Shown: piece after piece, positions 1-14,000 of the stretch
Numbering within the stretch: position 1 is the stretch's first letter
Layout of the letters: the number at the start of each line of letters is the position of its first letter
Origin: the human T2T-CHM13v2.0 reference genome, Homo sapiens
Assembly (NCBI RefSeq): GCF_009914755.1
Contig: NC_060933.1
Direction: 5' to 3' (one strand)
Length of the DNA: 64,000 nt
Notes under the pieces: generated by a model
Database searches by the model: none
Told to the model about the DNA's origin: nothing
What the model saw: the letters and a program-made list of their open reading frames with translations, nothing else
Program-made: the position numbers and the translations under genes

Positions 1-275
1 TAGAATGGAAACAACACGAATGGAATAGAATGTATTGGAGTATAAGGGAATTGAATAGAATCAATCCGAATGTAATTGAATGGAACGGAAAGGAATGGAA
101 TGGAATGGAACGGAATGGAATGGAATGGAATGGAATTAAATGGAATGGCATGGAATGGAATGGAATCAACCCGAGTTCAATGGAATGGAATGGAATGGAA
201 TGGAATGGAATGGAATGGAATCAACTCGATTGCAATGGAATGGAATGGAATGGAATGGAATGGAATGGAATGGAA

Positions 276-415
276 TTAACCCTACTAGAATGGAATGGAA
301 TGGAATGGAATGGAATGGAATGGAATGGAATGGAATGGAATGGAATTAACCCTACTAGAATGGAATGGAATGGAATGGAATGGAATAGAATGGAATGGAA
401 GGGAATGGAACGGAA
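276..415 (+). repeat. 70-bp local tandem duplication marked by the private word TTAACCCTACTAGAA
   Basis: ttaaccctactagaa at 276 and 346 (offset 70). I did not see this variant of ttaacccgaatagaa elsewhere in the window. Boundaries lie in pure GGAAT and are approximate. Confidence 0.8.
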
Positions 416-3299
416 TGGAATGGAATGGAATTAACCCAAATAGAATGGAATGGAATGGAATGGAATGGAATGGAATGGAATGGGATCAACCCGAGTGAAA
501 TGGAATGGAATCGAAAGGAATGGAATGGAATGGAATGGTTTCAACCCGAATGGAATGGAAAGGAATGGAATCAACCCGAGTGGAATGGAATGGAATGGAA
601 TGGAATGGAATGGGTTCAACTCGAATGGAATGGAAAGGAATGGAATTAACCCGAGTGGAATGGCATGGAATGGAATGGAATGGAATGGAATGGAAGGTTA
701 TGGAATGGAATGGAATTAACCTGAACAGAATGGAAGGGAATGGAATGGAACGGAACGGAATGGAATGGAATGGAATGGAATGGAATGGAATGCAATGGAA
801 TAGGATCAACCCGAGTACAGGGGAATGGAATGCAATTCAATGCATTGGAATGGAATCATCCGGAATGGAATGGAATGGAATGGAATGCAATGGAATGGAA
901 TCAATCAACCCGAGTGCAATAGAATGCAGTGGAATGGAATGGAATGGTATGGAAACTACCCGAATGGAATAGAATGTAATGGAGTGTAAGGGAATTAAAA
1001 AGAATCAATCCGAATGTAATGGAATTGAATGGAACGGAATGGAATGGAATGGAATGGAATGGAATGGAATTAACCCGAATAGAATGGAATGGAATGGAAT
1101 GGAATGGAATGGAATGGAAGTAAATGGAATGGAATGGAATGAACCCGAGTGCAGGGGAATGGAATGGAATGGAATGCAATGGAATGGAGTCATCCAGAAT
1201 GGAACAGAAAGGAATGGAATGGAATCAACCCGTGTGCAATGGAATGGAAAGGAATGGAATGGAATGGAATGGAATGGAATGGAATGGATTCAACCCGAAT
1301 GGAATGGAAAGGAAGGGAATTATCCCAAGTGGAATGGCATGGAATGGAATGGAATGGAATGGAAGGGAATGGAATGGAATGGAATGGTACCGAATAGAAT
1401 GGAATGGAACGAAATGGAATAGAATGGAATGGAATGGAATGGAATCAACCCGAGTGCAATGGAATGGAGTGGAATGGAATGGAATGACATGGAAACAACC
1501 CGAATGGAATGGAATGAAATGGAGTGTAAGGGAATTGAATACAATCAATCCGAATGTAATGGAATGGAATGGAACGGAATGGAATGGAATGGAATGGAAT
1601 GCAGTGGAATGGAATCAAACCTAGTGCAATGGAATGGAATAGAATGGAATGGAATGGAATGGAATGGATTCAACCCAAATGGAATGGAAAGCAATGGAAT
1701 CAACCCGAGTGGAATGGCATGGAATGGAATGGAATGGAATGGAATGGAATGGAATGGAATGGTACGGAATAGAATGGAATGGAACGAAATGGAATGGAAT
1801 GGAATGGAATGGAACGGAATGGAATGGAATCAACTCGATTGCAATGGAATGCAATGGAATGGAATGGAATGCAATTAACGCGAATAGAATGGAATGGAAT
1901 GGAATGGAACGGAATGGAATGGAATGGAATGGAATGGAATCGAATGGAATCAACCTGAGTGCAGGGGAATGGAATGGAATGGAATGCAATGGAATGTAAT
2001 GGAATGGAATGCAATGGAATCAACTCGATTGCAATGGGATGGAATGGAATGGAATGGAAGGGAAAGGAATAGAATGGAATTAACCTGAACAGAATGGAAT
2101 GGAATGGAATGGAACGGAATGGATTGGAACGGAATGGAATGGAATGGAATGGAATGAACCCGTGTGCAATGGATTGGAATGGAATGGAATGGAATGGAAT
2201 GGAATGGGTTCAACTCGAATGGAATGGAAAGGAATGGAATCAACACGAGTGGAATGTCATGGAATGGAATGGAATGGAATGGAATGGAATGGAATCAACC
2301 CGACTGCAGGGGAATGGAATGGAATGGAATGCAATGGAATGGATTCAACTTGAATGGAATGGAAAGAATGGAATCAACACGAGTGGAATGGCATGGATTG
2401 GAATGGAATGGAATGGAATCAACCCGAGTACAGGGGAATGGAATGGAATGGAATGCAATGGAATGGAATCATCCGTAATGGAATGGAAAGGAATGGAATG
2501 GAATGGAATGGAATGGAATGGAATGGAATGGAATCAACTCGATTGCAATCGAATGGAATGGAATGGAATTAACCCGAATAGAATGGAATGGAATGGAATG
2601 GAACGGAACGGAACGGAATGGAATGGATTGGAATGGAATGGAATGGAATGGAATGGAACGGAAAGGAATGGAATGGAATGGAATGGAATGGAATGGAATG
2701 GAATGGAATGGAACGGAAAGGAATGGAATGGAATGGAATGGAATCAACGCGAGTGCAATGGAATGGAGTGGAATGGAATGGAATGGAATGGAACAACCCG
2801 AATGGAATGGAATGTAATGGAGAGTAAGGGAGTTGAATAGAATCAATACGAATGTAATGGAATAGAATGCAACGGAATGGAATGTAATGGAATGGAATGG
2901 AATGCAATGGAATGGAATCAACCCGAGTACAATGGAATGGAATGGAATGGAATGGAATGGAATGGAATCATCCGGAATGGAATGGAATGGAATGGAATAG
3001 AATGGAATGGAATGGAATGGAATCAACTCGATTTCAATGGAATGGAATGGAATAGAATGGAATGGAATAAACACGAAAGAATGGAATGGAATGGAATGGA
3101 ATGGAAAAGAAAGGAATGGAATGGAATGGAATGGAATCAACCCAAGTGCAGGGGAATGGAATGCAATGGAATTCAATGGAATGGAATCATCCGCAATGGA
3201 ATGGAATGGAATGGAATGGAATCAACCCGAGTGCAATGGAATGGAGAGGAATGGAATGGAATGGAATGGAAACTACACGAATGGAATGGAATGTAATGG

Positions 3300-4330
3300 A
3301 GTGTAAGGGAATTGAATAGAATCAATCCGAATGTAATGGAATGGAATGCAACGGAATGGAATGGAATGGAATGGAATGGAATGGAATGGAATGCAATGGA
3401 ATGGAATCAACCCGAGTGCAATCGAATGGAATCGAATGGAATGGAATGCAATGGAATGGATTCAACTTGAATGGAATGGAAAGAATGGAATCAACACGAG
3501 TGGAAGGGCATGGATTGGAATGCAATGGAATGGAATCAACTCGAGTACAGGGGAATGGAATGGAATGGAATGCAATGGAATGGAATCATCCGTAATGGAA
3601 TGGAAAGGAATGGAATGGAATGGAATGGAATGGAAGGGAATGGAATCAACACGGTTGCAATCGAATGGAATGGAATGGAATTAACCCGAATAGAATGGAA
3701 TGGAATGGAATGGAACGGAACGGAATGGAATGGAATGGAATGGAATGGAATGGAACGGAACGGAATGGAATGGAATGGAATGGAATGGAATGGAATCAAC
3801 GCGAGTGCAGGGGAATGGAATGGAATGGAATGCAATGGAATGGAATGGAATGCAATGGAATGGAATCTTCCGGAATGGAATGGAATGGAATGGAATGAAA
3901 TGCAATGGATTCAACTCGACTGCAATGGAATGGAATAGAATGGAATGGAATGGAATGGAATGGAATTACCCCAAATAGAATGGAATGGAATGGAACGGAA
4001 TGGAATGGAACGGAATGGAACGGAATGGAATGGAATGGAATGGTATGGAATGGAATGGAATGGTACGGAATAGAATGGAATGGAACGAATTGTAATGGAA
4101 TGGAATTGAATAGAATGGAATGGAATGGAATGGAATCAACGCGAGTGCAGGGGAATGTAATGGAACGGAATGCAATGGAATGGAATCATCCGGAATAGAA
4201 TGGAATGGAATGGAATGGAATGGAATGGAATCAACCCGAGTGCAATGGAATGGAGTGGAATGGAATGGAATGGAATGGAACAATCCGAATGGAATGGAAT
4301 GTAATGGAGAGTAAGGGAGTTGAATAGAAT
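3300..4330 (+). repeat. ~1-kb block duplicated at ~29610-30650 (offset 26308)
   Basis: Shared rare variants: caacacggttgcaatcg 3647/29955, caactcgactgcaa 3912/30220, ttaccccaaatag 3966/30274. The ORF track gives identical translations at 3471/29779, 3536/29844 and 3620/29928. Confidence 0.9.
3862..3876. promoter_or_regulatory. Perfect three-unit heat-shock element (nGAAn-nTTCn-nGAAn), first of ~37 copies in the window
   Basis: ggaatcttccggaat = gGAAt cTTCc gGAAt matches the canonical HSF1 trimer site. Further copies start at 5230, 5759, 7185, 7944 and continue to 60465. Motif match only; occupancy is not shown. Confidence 0.7.
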
Positions 4331-4640
4331 CAATCAGAATGTAATGGAATGGAATGCAACGGAATGGAATGGAATGGAATGGAATGGAATGGAATGTAAT
4401 GGAATGGAATCAACCCGAGTACAATGGAATGGAATGGAATGGAATGGAATGGAATGGAATGGAATGCCTTCAAACCGAATGGAATGGAAAGGAATGGAAT
4501 CAACACGAGTGGAATGGAATGGAATGGAATGGAATGGAATGGAATGGAATGGAATGGAATGATACGGAATAGGATGGAATGGAACGAAATGGAATGGAAT
4601 GGAATGGAATGGAATGGAATGGAATGGAATGGAATGGAAT

Positions 4641-4745
4641 CGTTCCGAGTGGAATAGGAGGGAATGTATCCGAGTGGAATGGAAAGGAATGGAATCAACC
4701 AGAGTGGAATGGAAGGGAATGGAATGGAATGGAAACTAATAGAAT
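4641..4745 (+). repeat. Landmark module G (CGTTCCGAGTGGAATAGGAGGGAATGTATTCGAGT...CAACCAGAGT...AAACTAATAG), 17 dispersed copies
   Basis: Copies start at 4641, 7370, 8653, 11338, 13899, 21616, 24804, 28253, 36512, 40965, 43861, 45719, 49348, 53966, 54886, 60755 and 63469. Spacing is irregular (0.9-8.3 kb). Confidence 0.9.
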
Positions 4746-6450
4746 GGAATCAACCCTAGTGGAATGGAATGGAAAGGACTGGAATGGAAAGGAATGGAAT
4801 GGAATGGAATGGAATGGAATGGAATGGAATGGAATCAACGCGAGTGCAGGAGAATGGAATGGAATGGAATGGAATGGAATGGAATGTAATGGAATCAACC
4901 CGAGTGCAGGGGAATGTAATGGAACGGAATGCAATGGAAAGGAATCATCCGGAATGGAATGGAATGGAATGGAATGGAATCAACCCGAGTGCAATGGAAT
5001 GGAGTGGAATGGAATGGAATGGAATGGAACAATCCGAATGGAATGGAATGTAATGGAGAGTAAGGGAGTTGAAAAGAATCAATCCGAATGTAATGGAATG
5101 GAATGGAACGGAATGGAATTGAATGGAATGGAATGGAATGCAATGGAATGGGATCAACCAGGGTACAATGGAATGGAATGGAATGGAATGGAATGGAACG
5201 GAATGGAATGGAATGGAATGCAATGGAATGGAATCTTCCGGAATGGAAAGGAATGGAATGGAATGGAATGGAATGGAATGCAATGGATTCAACTCGATTG
5301 CAATGGAATAGAATAGAATGGAATGGAATGGAATCGAATGGAATGGAATGGAATGGAATCAACCCGAGTGCAAAGGAATGGAGAGGAACGGAATGGAATG
5401 GAATGGAAACTACCCGAATGGAATGGAATGTAATGGAGTGTAAGGGAATTGAATAGAATCAATCCGAATGTAATGGAATGGAATGGAACGGAATGTAATG
5501 GAATGGAATGGAATGGAATGGAATGGAATGGAATCAACCCGAGTGCAATGGAATGGAGTGGAATGGAATGGAATGGAATGGAACAACCCGAATGGAATGG
5601 AGTGGAATGGAGACTAAGGGAGTTGAATAGAATCAATCCGAATGTAATGGAATGGAATGCAACGGAATGGAATGGAATGGAATGGAATGGAATGCAATGG
5701 AATGGAATGGAATCAACACGAGTGCAGGGGAATGGAATGGAATGGAATGCAATGGAATGGAATCTTCCGGAATGGAATGGAATGGAATGGAATGGAATGA
5801 AATGCAATGGATTCAACTCGATTGCAATGGAATGGAATAGAATGGAATGGAATGGAATGGAATGGAATGGAATGGAATTAACCCGAATGGAATGGAATGG
5901 AATGGAATGGAACGAAATGGAACTGAATGGAATGGAATGGAATGGAATGGAATGGAATGGAATGGTATGAAATGGAATAGAATGGTACGGAATAGAATGG
6001 AATGGAACGAATTGTAATGGAATGGAATTCAATGGAATGGAGTGGAATGGAATGGAATCAACACGAGTGCAGGGGAATGTAATGGAACGGAATGCAATGG
6101 AATGGAATCATCCGGAATGGAATGGAATGGAATGGAATGGAATGGAATCAACCCGAGTGCAATGGAATGGAGTGGAATGGAATTGAATGGAATGAAACAA
6201 CCCGAATGGAATGGAATGTAATGGAGAGTGAGGGAGTTGAATAGAACCAATCCGAATGTAATGGAATGGAATGCAACGGAATCGAATGGAATGGAATGGA
6301 ATGGAATGGAATGGAATGGAATCAACTCGAGTGGAAAGCAATGGAATGGAATGGAAAGGAATGGAAAGAAATCAACTCGAGTGGAATGGAATGGAATGGA
6401 ATGGATTGGAATGGATTGCAATGGAATGAAATGGAATGGAATGGAATGGA

Positions 6451-6540
6451 ATCAATCATTCCGAGTGGAATGGAAGGGAATGTAATGGAGTGGAAAGAAG
6501 GGAATGGAATCAACCCGATTGGAATACAAGGCAATGGAAT
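6451..6540 (+). repeat. Rare module ATCAATCATTCCGAGT...GGAGTGGAAAGAAGGG, 4 copies
   Basis: Copies at 6451, 30947, 62217 and a 12-bp-deleted copy at 59717. Confidence 0.85.
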
Positions 6541-9500
6541 GGAATGGAAACGAATGGAATAGAATCAACTCGATTGCAATGGAATGGAATGGAATGGAAT
6601 GGAATGGAATGGAGACAACCAGAATGGATTGGAATATAATGGAGTGTAAGGGAATTGAATAGAATCAGTCTGAATGTAATGAAATGGAATGGAACGGAAT
6701 GGAATGGAATGTAATGGAATGGAATGGAATGCAATGGAATGGAATCAACCCGAGTGCAATGGAATGGAATCGAATGGAATGGAATGCAATGGAATGGATT
6801 CAACTTGAATGGAATGGAAAGAATGGAATCAACACGAGTGGAATGGCATGGATTGGAATGGAATGGAATGGAATCAACCCGAGTATAGGGGAATGGAATG
6901 GTATGGAATGCAATGGAGTGGAATCATTCGTAATGGAATGGAAAGGAATGGAATGGAATGGAATGGAATGGAATGGAATGGAATCAACTCGATTGCAATC
7001 GAATGGAATGGAATGGAATTAACCCGAATAGAATGGAATGCAATGGAATGGAACGGAACGGAATGGAATGGAATGGGATGGAATGGAATGGAACGGAAAG
7101 GAAGGGAATGGAATGGAATAGAATGGAATGGAATGGAATCAACGCGAGTGCAGGGGAATGGAATGGAATGGAATGCAATGGAATGGAATCTTCCGGAATG
7201 GAATGGAATGGAATGGAATGGAATCAACCCGAGTGCAATGGAATGGAGTGGAATGGAATGGAATGGAATGGAATGGAATGGTATGGAATGGAATGATATG
7301 GAATAGAATGGAATGGAACGAAATGGAATGGAATGGAATGGAATGGAATGGAATGGAATGGAATGGAATCGTTCCGAGTGGAATAGGAGGGAATGTATTT
7401 GAGTGGAATGGAAAGGAATGGAATCAACCAGAGTGGAATGGAAGGGAATGGAATGGAATGGAATGGAATGGAATGGAATGCAATGGAATGGAATCAAACC
7501 GAGTGCAATCGAATGGAATCGAATGGAATGGAATGCAATGGAATGGATTCAACTTGAATGGAATGGAAAGAATGGAAGCAACACGAGTGGAATGGCATGG
7601 ATTGGAATGGAATGGAATGGAATCAACCCGAGTACAGGGGAATGGAATGGAATGGAATGCAATGGAATGGAATCATGCGTAATGGAATGGAAAGGAATGG
7701 AATGGAATGGAATGGAATGGAATGGAATGGAATGGAATGGAATCAACTCGATTGCAATCGAATGGAATGGAATGGAATTAACCCGAATAGAATGGAATGG
7801 AATGGAATGGAACGGAACGGAACGGAATGGAATGGAATGGAATGGAATGGAACGGAACGGAACGGAGTGGAATGGAACGGAATGGAATGGAATGGAATCA
7901 ACGCGAGTGCAGGGGAATGGAATGGAATGGAATGCAATGGAATGGAATCTTCCGGAATGGAATGGAATGGAATGGAATGGAAGGAAATGCAATGGATTCA
8001 ACTCGATTGCAATGGAATGGAATAGAATGGAATGGAATGGAATGGAATGGAATTAATCCGAATAGAATGGAATGGAATGGAATGGAACGGAATGGAACGG
8101 AATGGAATGGAATATAATGGAATGGAATGGTATGGAATGGAATGGAATGGTACGGAATAGAATGGAATGGAACGAATTGTAATGGAATGGAATTGAATGG
8201 AATGGAATGGAATGGAATGGAATCAACGCGAGTGCAGGGGAATATAATGGAACGGAATGCAATGTAATGGAATCATCCGGAATGGAATGGAATGGAATGG
8301 AATGGAATGGAATGGAATCAACCCGAGTGCAATGGAATGCAGTAGAATGGAATGGAATGGAATGGAATGGAACAACCCGAATGGAATGGAATGGAATGCA
8401 GAGTAAGGGAGTTGAATAGAATCAATCCGAATGTAATGGAATGGAATACAACGGAATGGAATGGAATGGATTGGAATGGAATGGAATGGAATGGAATGGA
8501 ATGGAATGCAATGGAATTGAATCAACCCGAGTACAATGGAACGGAATGGAATGGAATGGAATGCAATGGATTGGAATGGAATGATTCGGAAAAGAATGGA
8601 ATGGAACGAAATGGAATGGAATGGAATGGAATGGAATGGAATGGAATGGAATCGTTCCGAGTGGAATAGGAGGGAATGTATTCGAGTGGAATGGAAAGGA
8701 ATGGTATCAACCAGAGTGGAATGGAAGGGAATGGAATGGAATGGAAACTAATAGAATGGAATCAACCCGAGTGGAAGGGAATGGAAAGGACTGGAATGGA
8801 ATGGAATGGAATGGAATCAACTCGAATGTAATGGAATGGAATGGAATGGAATGGAATGGAATTAACCCGAATACAATGGAATGGAATGGAACGGAACGGA
8901 ATGGAGTGGAATGGAATGGAATCAACCGGAGTGCAGGGGAATGGAATGGAATGGAATGCAATGGAATGGAATCATCCGGAATGGAATGGAATGGAATGGA
9001 ATGCAAAGCAATGGAATCAACTCGATTGCAAAGGAATGGAATGGAATGGAAAGGAATACATTGGAATCAACCCGAGTGTAATGGAATGGAAAGGACTGGA
9101 ATGGAGTGGAATGGAATGGAATGCAATGGAATGGAATGGAATCAACTCGATTGAAATGGAATGGAATGGAATGGAATGGAATCAACGCGAGTGCAGGGGA
9201 ATGGAATGGAATGGAATGCAATGGAATGGAATCTTCCGGAATCGAATGGAATGGAATGGAATGGAATGGAATGGAATCAACCCGAGTGCAATGGAATGGA
9301 GTGGAATGGAATGGAATGGAATGGAACAACCCGAATGGAATGGAATGTAATGGAGAGTAAGGGAGTTGAATAGAATCAATCCGAATGTAATGGAATGGAA
9401 TTTAACGGAATGGAATTGAATGGAATGGATTGGAATGCAATGGAATGGAATCAACCCGAGTGCAATGGAATGGAGAGGAATGGAATGGAATGCAATGGAA

Positions 9501-10130
9501 ACTACCCGAATGGAATGGAATGTAATGGAGTGTAAGGGAATTGAATAGAATCAATCCGAATGTAATGGAATGGAATGGAACGGAATGTAATGGAATGGAA
9601 TGGAATGGAATGGAATGCAATGGAATGGAATCAACCCGAGTGCAATCGAATGGAATCGAATGGAATGGAATGCAATGGAATGGATTCAACTTGAATGGAA
9701 TGGAAAGAATGGAATCAACACGAGTGGAATGGCATGGCTTGGAATGGAATGGAATGGAATCAACCCGAGTACAGGGGAATGGAATGGAATGGAATGCAAT
9801 GGAATGGAATCATCCATAATGGAATGGAAAGGAATGGAATGGAATGGAATGGAATGGAATGGAATGGAATGGAATGGAATCAACTCGATTGCAATCGAAT
9901 GGAATGGAATGGAATTAACCCGAATAGAATGGAATGGAATGGAATGGAAAGGAACGGAATGGAATGGAATGGAATGGAATGGAATGGAATGGAACGGAAC
10001 GGAATGGAATGGAATGGAATGGAATGGAATGGAATGGAATCAACGCGAGTGCAGGGGAATGGAATGGAATGGAATGCAATGAAATGGAATCATCTGGAAT
10101 GGAATGGAATGGAATTGAATGGAATGGAAT

Positions 10131-11028
10131 CAACCCGAGTGCAATGGAATGGAGTGGAATGGAATGGAATGGAATGGAACAACCCGAATGGAATGGAATG
10201 TAATGGAGAGTAAGGGAGTTGAATAGAATCAATCCGAATGTAATGGAATGGAATGCAACGGAATGGAATGTAATGGAATGGAATGGAATGCAATGGAATG
10301 CAATCAACCCGAGTACAATGGAATGGAATGGAATGGAATGGAATGGAACGGAATGGAACCGAATGGAATGGAATGGAATGGAATGGAATGGTATGGAATG
10401 GAATGGAATGGTACGGAATAGAATGGAATGGAACGAACTGTAATGGAATGGGATTGAATGGAATGGAATGGAATGGAATGGAATCAACGCGAGAGCAGGG
10501 GAATGTAATGGAACGGAATGCAATGGAATGGAATCATCCGGAATTGAATGGAATGGAATGGAATGGAATGGAATGGAATCAACCCGAGTGCAATGGAATG
10601 GAGTGGAATGGAATGGAATGGAATGGAACAACCCGAATGGAATGGAATGTAATGGAGAGTAAGGGAGTTGAATAGAATCAATCCGAATGTAATGGAATGG
10701 AATGCAACGGAATGGAATGTAATGGAATGGAATGGAATGCAATGGAATGCAATCAACCCGAGTACAATGGAATGGAATGGAATGGAATGGAATGGAACGG
10801 AATGGAACCGAATGGAATGGAATGGAATGGAATGGAATGGTATGGAATGGAATGGAATGGTACGGAATAGAATGGAATGGAACGAACTGTAATGGAATGG
10901 GATTGAATGGAATGGAATGGAATGGAATGGAATCAACGCGAGAGCAGGGGAATGTAATGGAACGGAATGCAATGGAATGGAATCATCCGGAATTGAATGG
11001 AATGGAATGGAATGGAATGGAATGGAAT
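10131..11028 (+). repeat. 449-bp near-perfect tandem duplication (10131-10579 / 10580-11028)
   Basis: Both copies share private variants gaaccgaat, gaacgaactg, gggattgaat, caacgcgagagc and catccggaattg. ORFs 10219..10443 and 10668..10892 are identical (offset 449). Confidence 0.95.
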
Positions 11029-14000
11029 CAACCGGAGTGAAATGGAATGGAATGGAATGGAATGGAATGGAATGGAACAACCCGAATGGAATGGAATGTA
11101 ATGGAGAGTAAGGGAGTTGAATAGAATGAATCCGAATGTAATGGAATGGAATGCAACGGAATGGAATGGAATGGAATGGAATGGAATGCAATGGAATGGA
11201 ATCAACCCGAGTACAATGGAATGGAATGGAATGGAATGGAATGGAATGGAATGGAATGGAATGATACGGAATAGAATGGAATGGAACGAAATGGAATGGA
11301 ATGGAATGGAATGGATTGGAATGCAATGGAATGGAATCGTTCCGAGTGGAATAGGAGGGAATGTATTCGAGTGGAATGGAAAGGAATGGAATCAACCAGA
11401 GTGGAATGGAAGGGAATGGAATGGAATGGAAACTAATAGAATGGAATCAACCCGAGTGGAATGGAATGGAAAGGACTGGAATGGAATGGAATGGAATGGA
11501 ATCAACTCGATTGTAATGGAATGGAATGGAATGGAATGGAATGGAATGAAATTAACCCGAATACAATGGAATGGAATGGAACGGAATGGAGTGGATTGGA
11601 ATGGAATCAACCCGAGTGCAGGGGATTAGAATGGTATGGAATGCAACGGAATGGAATCATCCGGAATGGAATGGAATGCAAAGCAATGGAATCAACTCGA
11701 TTGCAATGGAATGGAATGGAATGGAAAGGAATACATTGGAATCAACCCGAGTGGAATGGAATGGAAAGGAGTGGAATGGAGTGGAATGGAATGGAATGGA
11801 ATGGAATGGAATCAACTCGATTGGAATGGAATAGAATGTAATGGAATTGAATGGAATTAACCCGAAGAGAATGGAGTTGAATGGAATGTAACGGAACGGA
11901 ATGGAATGGAATGGAATGGAATGGAATGGAATGGAATGGAATCAACCCGACTGCAGGGGAATGGAATGGAATGGAATGCAATGGAATGGATTCAACTTGA
12001 ATGGAATGGAAAGAATGGAATCAACACGAGTGGAATGGCATGGATTGGAATGGAATGCAATGGAATCAACCCGAGTACAGGGGAATGGAATGGAATGGAA
12101 TGCAATGGAATGGAATCATCCGTAATGGAATGGAAAGGAATATAATGGAATGGAATGGAATGGAATGGAATGGAATCAACTCGATTGCAATCGAATGGAA
12201 TGGAATGGAATTAAACCGAATAGAATGGAATGGATTGGAATGGAATGGAACGGAACGGAATGGAATGGAATGGAATGGATTGGAACGGAAAGGAATTGAA
12301 TGGAATGGAATGGAATGGAATGGAATCAACGCGAGTGCAGGGGAATGTAATGGAACGGAATGCAAAGGAATTGAATCATCCGGAATGGAATGGAATGGAA
12401 TGGAATGGAATGGAATGGAATGGAATCAACCCGAGTGCAATGGAATGGAGTGGAATGGAATGGAATGGAATGGAATGGAATGGAATGGAATGGAATGCAA
12501 TGGAATGGAATCAACCCGAGTGCAATGGAATGGAATCGAATGGAATGGAATGCAATGGAATGGATTCAACTTGAATGGAATGGAAAGAATGGAATCAACA
12601 CGAGTGGAATGGCATGGATTGGAATGGAATGGAATTAACCCGAATAGAATGGAATGGAATGGAATGGAACGGAATGGAATGGAATGGAATGGAATGGAAT
12701 GGAATGGAATGGAATCAACCCGACTGCAGGGGAATGGAATGGAATGGAATGCAATGGAATGGATTCAACTTGAATGGAATGGAAAGAATGGAATCAACAC
12801 GAGTGGAATGGCATGGATTGGAATGGAATGGAATGGAATCAACCCGAGTACAGGGGAATGGAATGGAATGGAATGCAATGGAATGGAATCATCCGTAATG
12901 GAATGGAAAGGAATGGAATGGAATGGAATGGAATGCAATAGAATGGAATGGAATCAACTCGATTGCAATCGAACGGAATGGAATGGAATTAACCCGAATA
13001 GAATGGAATGGAATGGAATGGAACGGAAAGCAATGGAATGGAATGGAATGGAATGGAATGCAATGGAACGGAACGGAATGGAATGGAATGGAATGGAATG
13101 GAACGGAATGGAATCAAAGCGAGTGCAGGGGAATGGAATGGATTGGAATGCAATGGAATGGAATCTTCCGGAATGGAATGGAATGGAATGAAATGCAATG
13201 GATTCAACTCGATTGCAATGGAATGGAATAGAATGGAATGGAATGGAATGGAATGGAATTAATCCGAATAGAATGGAATGGAATGGAATGGAACGGAATG
13301 GAACGGAATGGAATGGAATGGAATGGAATGGAATGGTATGGAATGGAATGGAATGGTACGGAATAGAATGGAATGGAACGAATTGTAATGGAATGGAATT
13401 GAATGGAATGGAATGGAATGGAATGGAATCAACGCGAGTGCAGGGGAATGTAATGGAACGGAATGCAATGGAATGCAATCGTCCGGAATGGAATGGAATG
13501 GAATGGAATGGAATGGAATGGAATGGAATGGAATGGAATGGAATCAACCCGAGTGCAATGGAATGGAGTGGAATGGAATGGAATGGAATGGAGTGGAATG
13601 GAATGGAATGGAATGGAACAACCCGAATGGAATGGAATGTAATGGAGAGTAAGGGAGTTGAATAGAATCAATCCGAATGTAATAGAATGGAATGCAACGG
13701 AATGGAATGGAATGGAATGGAATGGAATGGAATGGAATGCAATGGAATTGAATCAACCTGAGTACAATGGAATGGAATGCAATGGAATGGAATGGAATGG
13801 AATGGAATGGAATGATACGGAATAGAATGGAATGGAACGAAATGGAATAGAATGGAATGGAATGGAATGGAATGGAATGGAATGGAATGGAATGGAATCG
13901 TTCCGAGTGGAATAGGAGGGAATGTATTCGAGTGGAATGGAAAGGAATGGTATCAACCAGAGTGGAATGGAAGGGAATAGAATGGAATGGAAATTAATAG

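Noticed and set aside
2296-2320. GCAGGGGAATGG words as G-quadruplex motifs
   Set aside because: Single G4 tracts are isolated among GG dinucleotides; four nearby G3+ tracts are not present.
2830-2850. TGAATAGAATCAAT in modules A/B as a DUX4-like site
   Set aside because: It matches only the AATCA half and lacks the TAAT half of the DUX4 consensus. Too weak to call.
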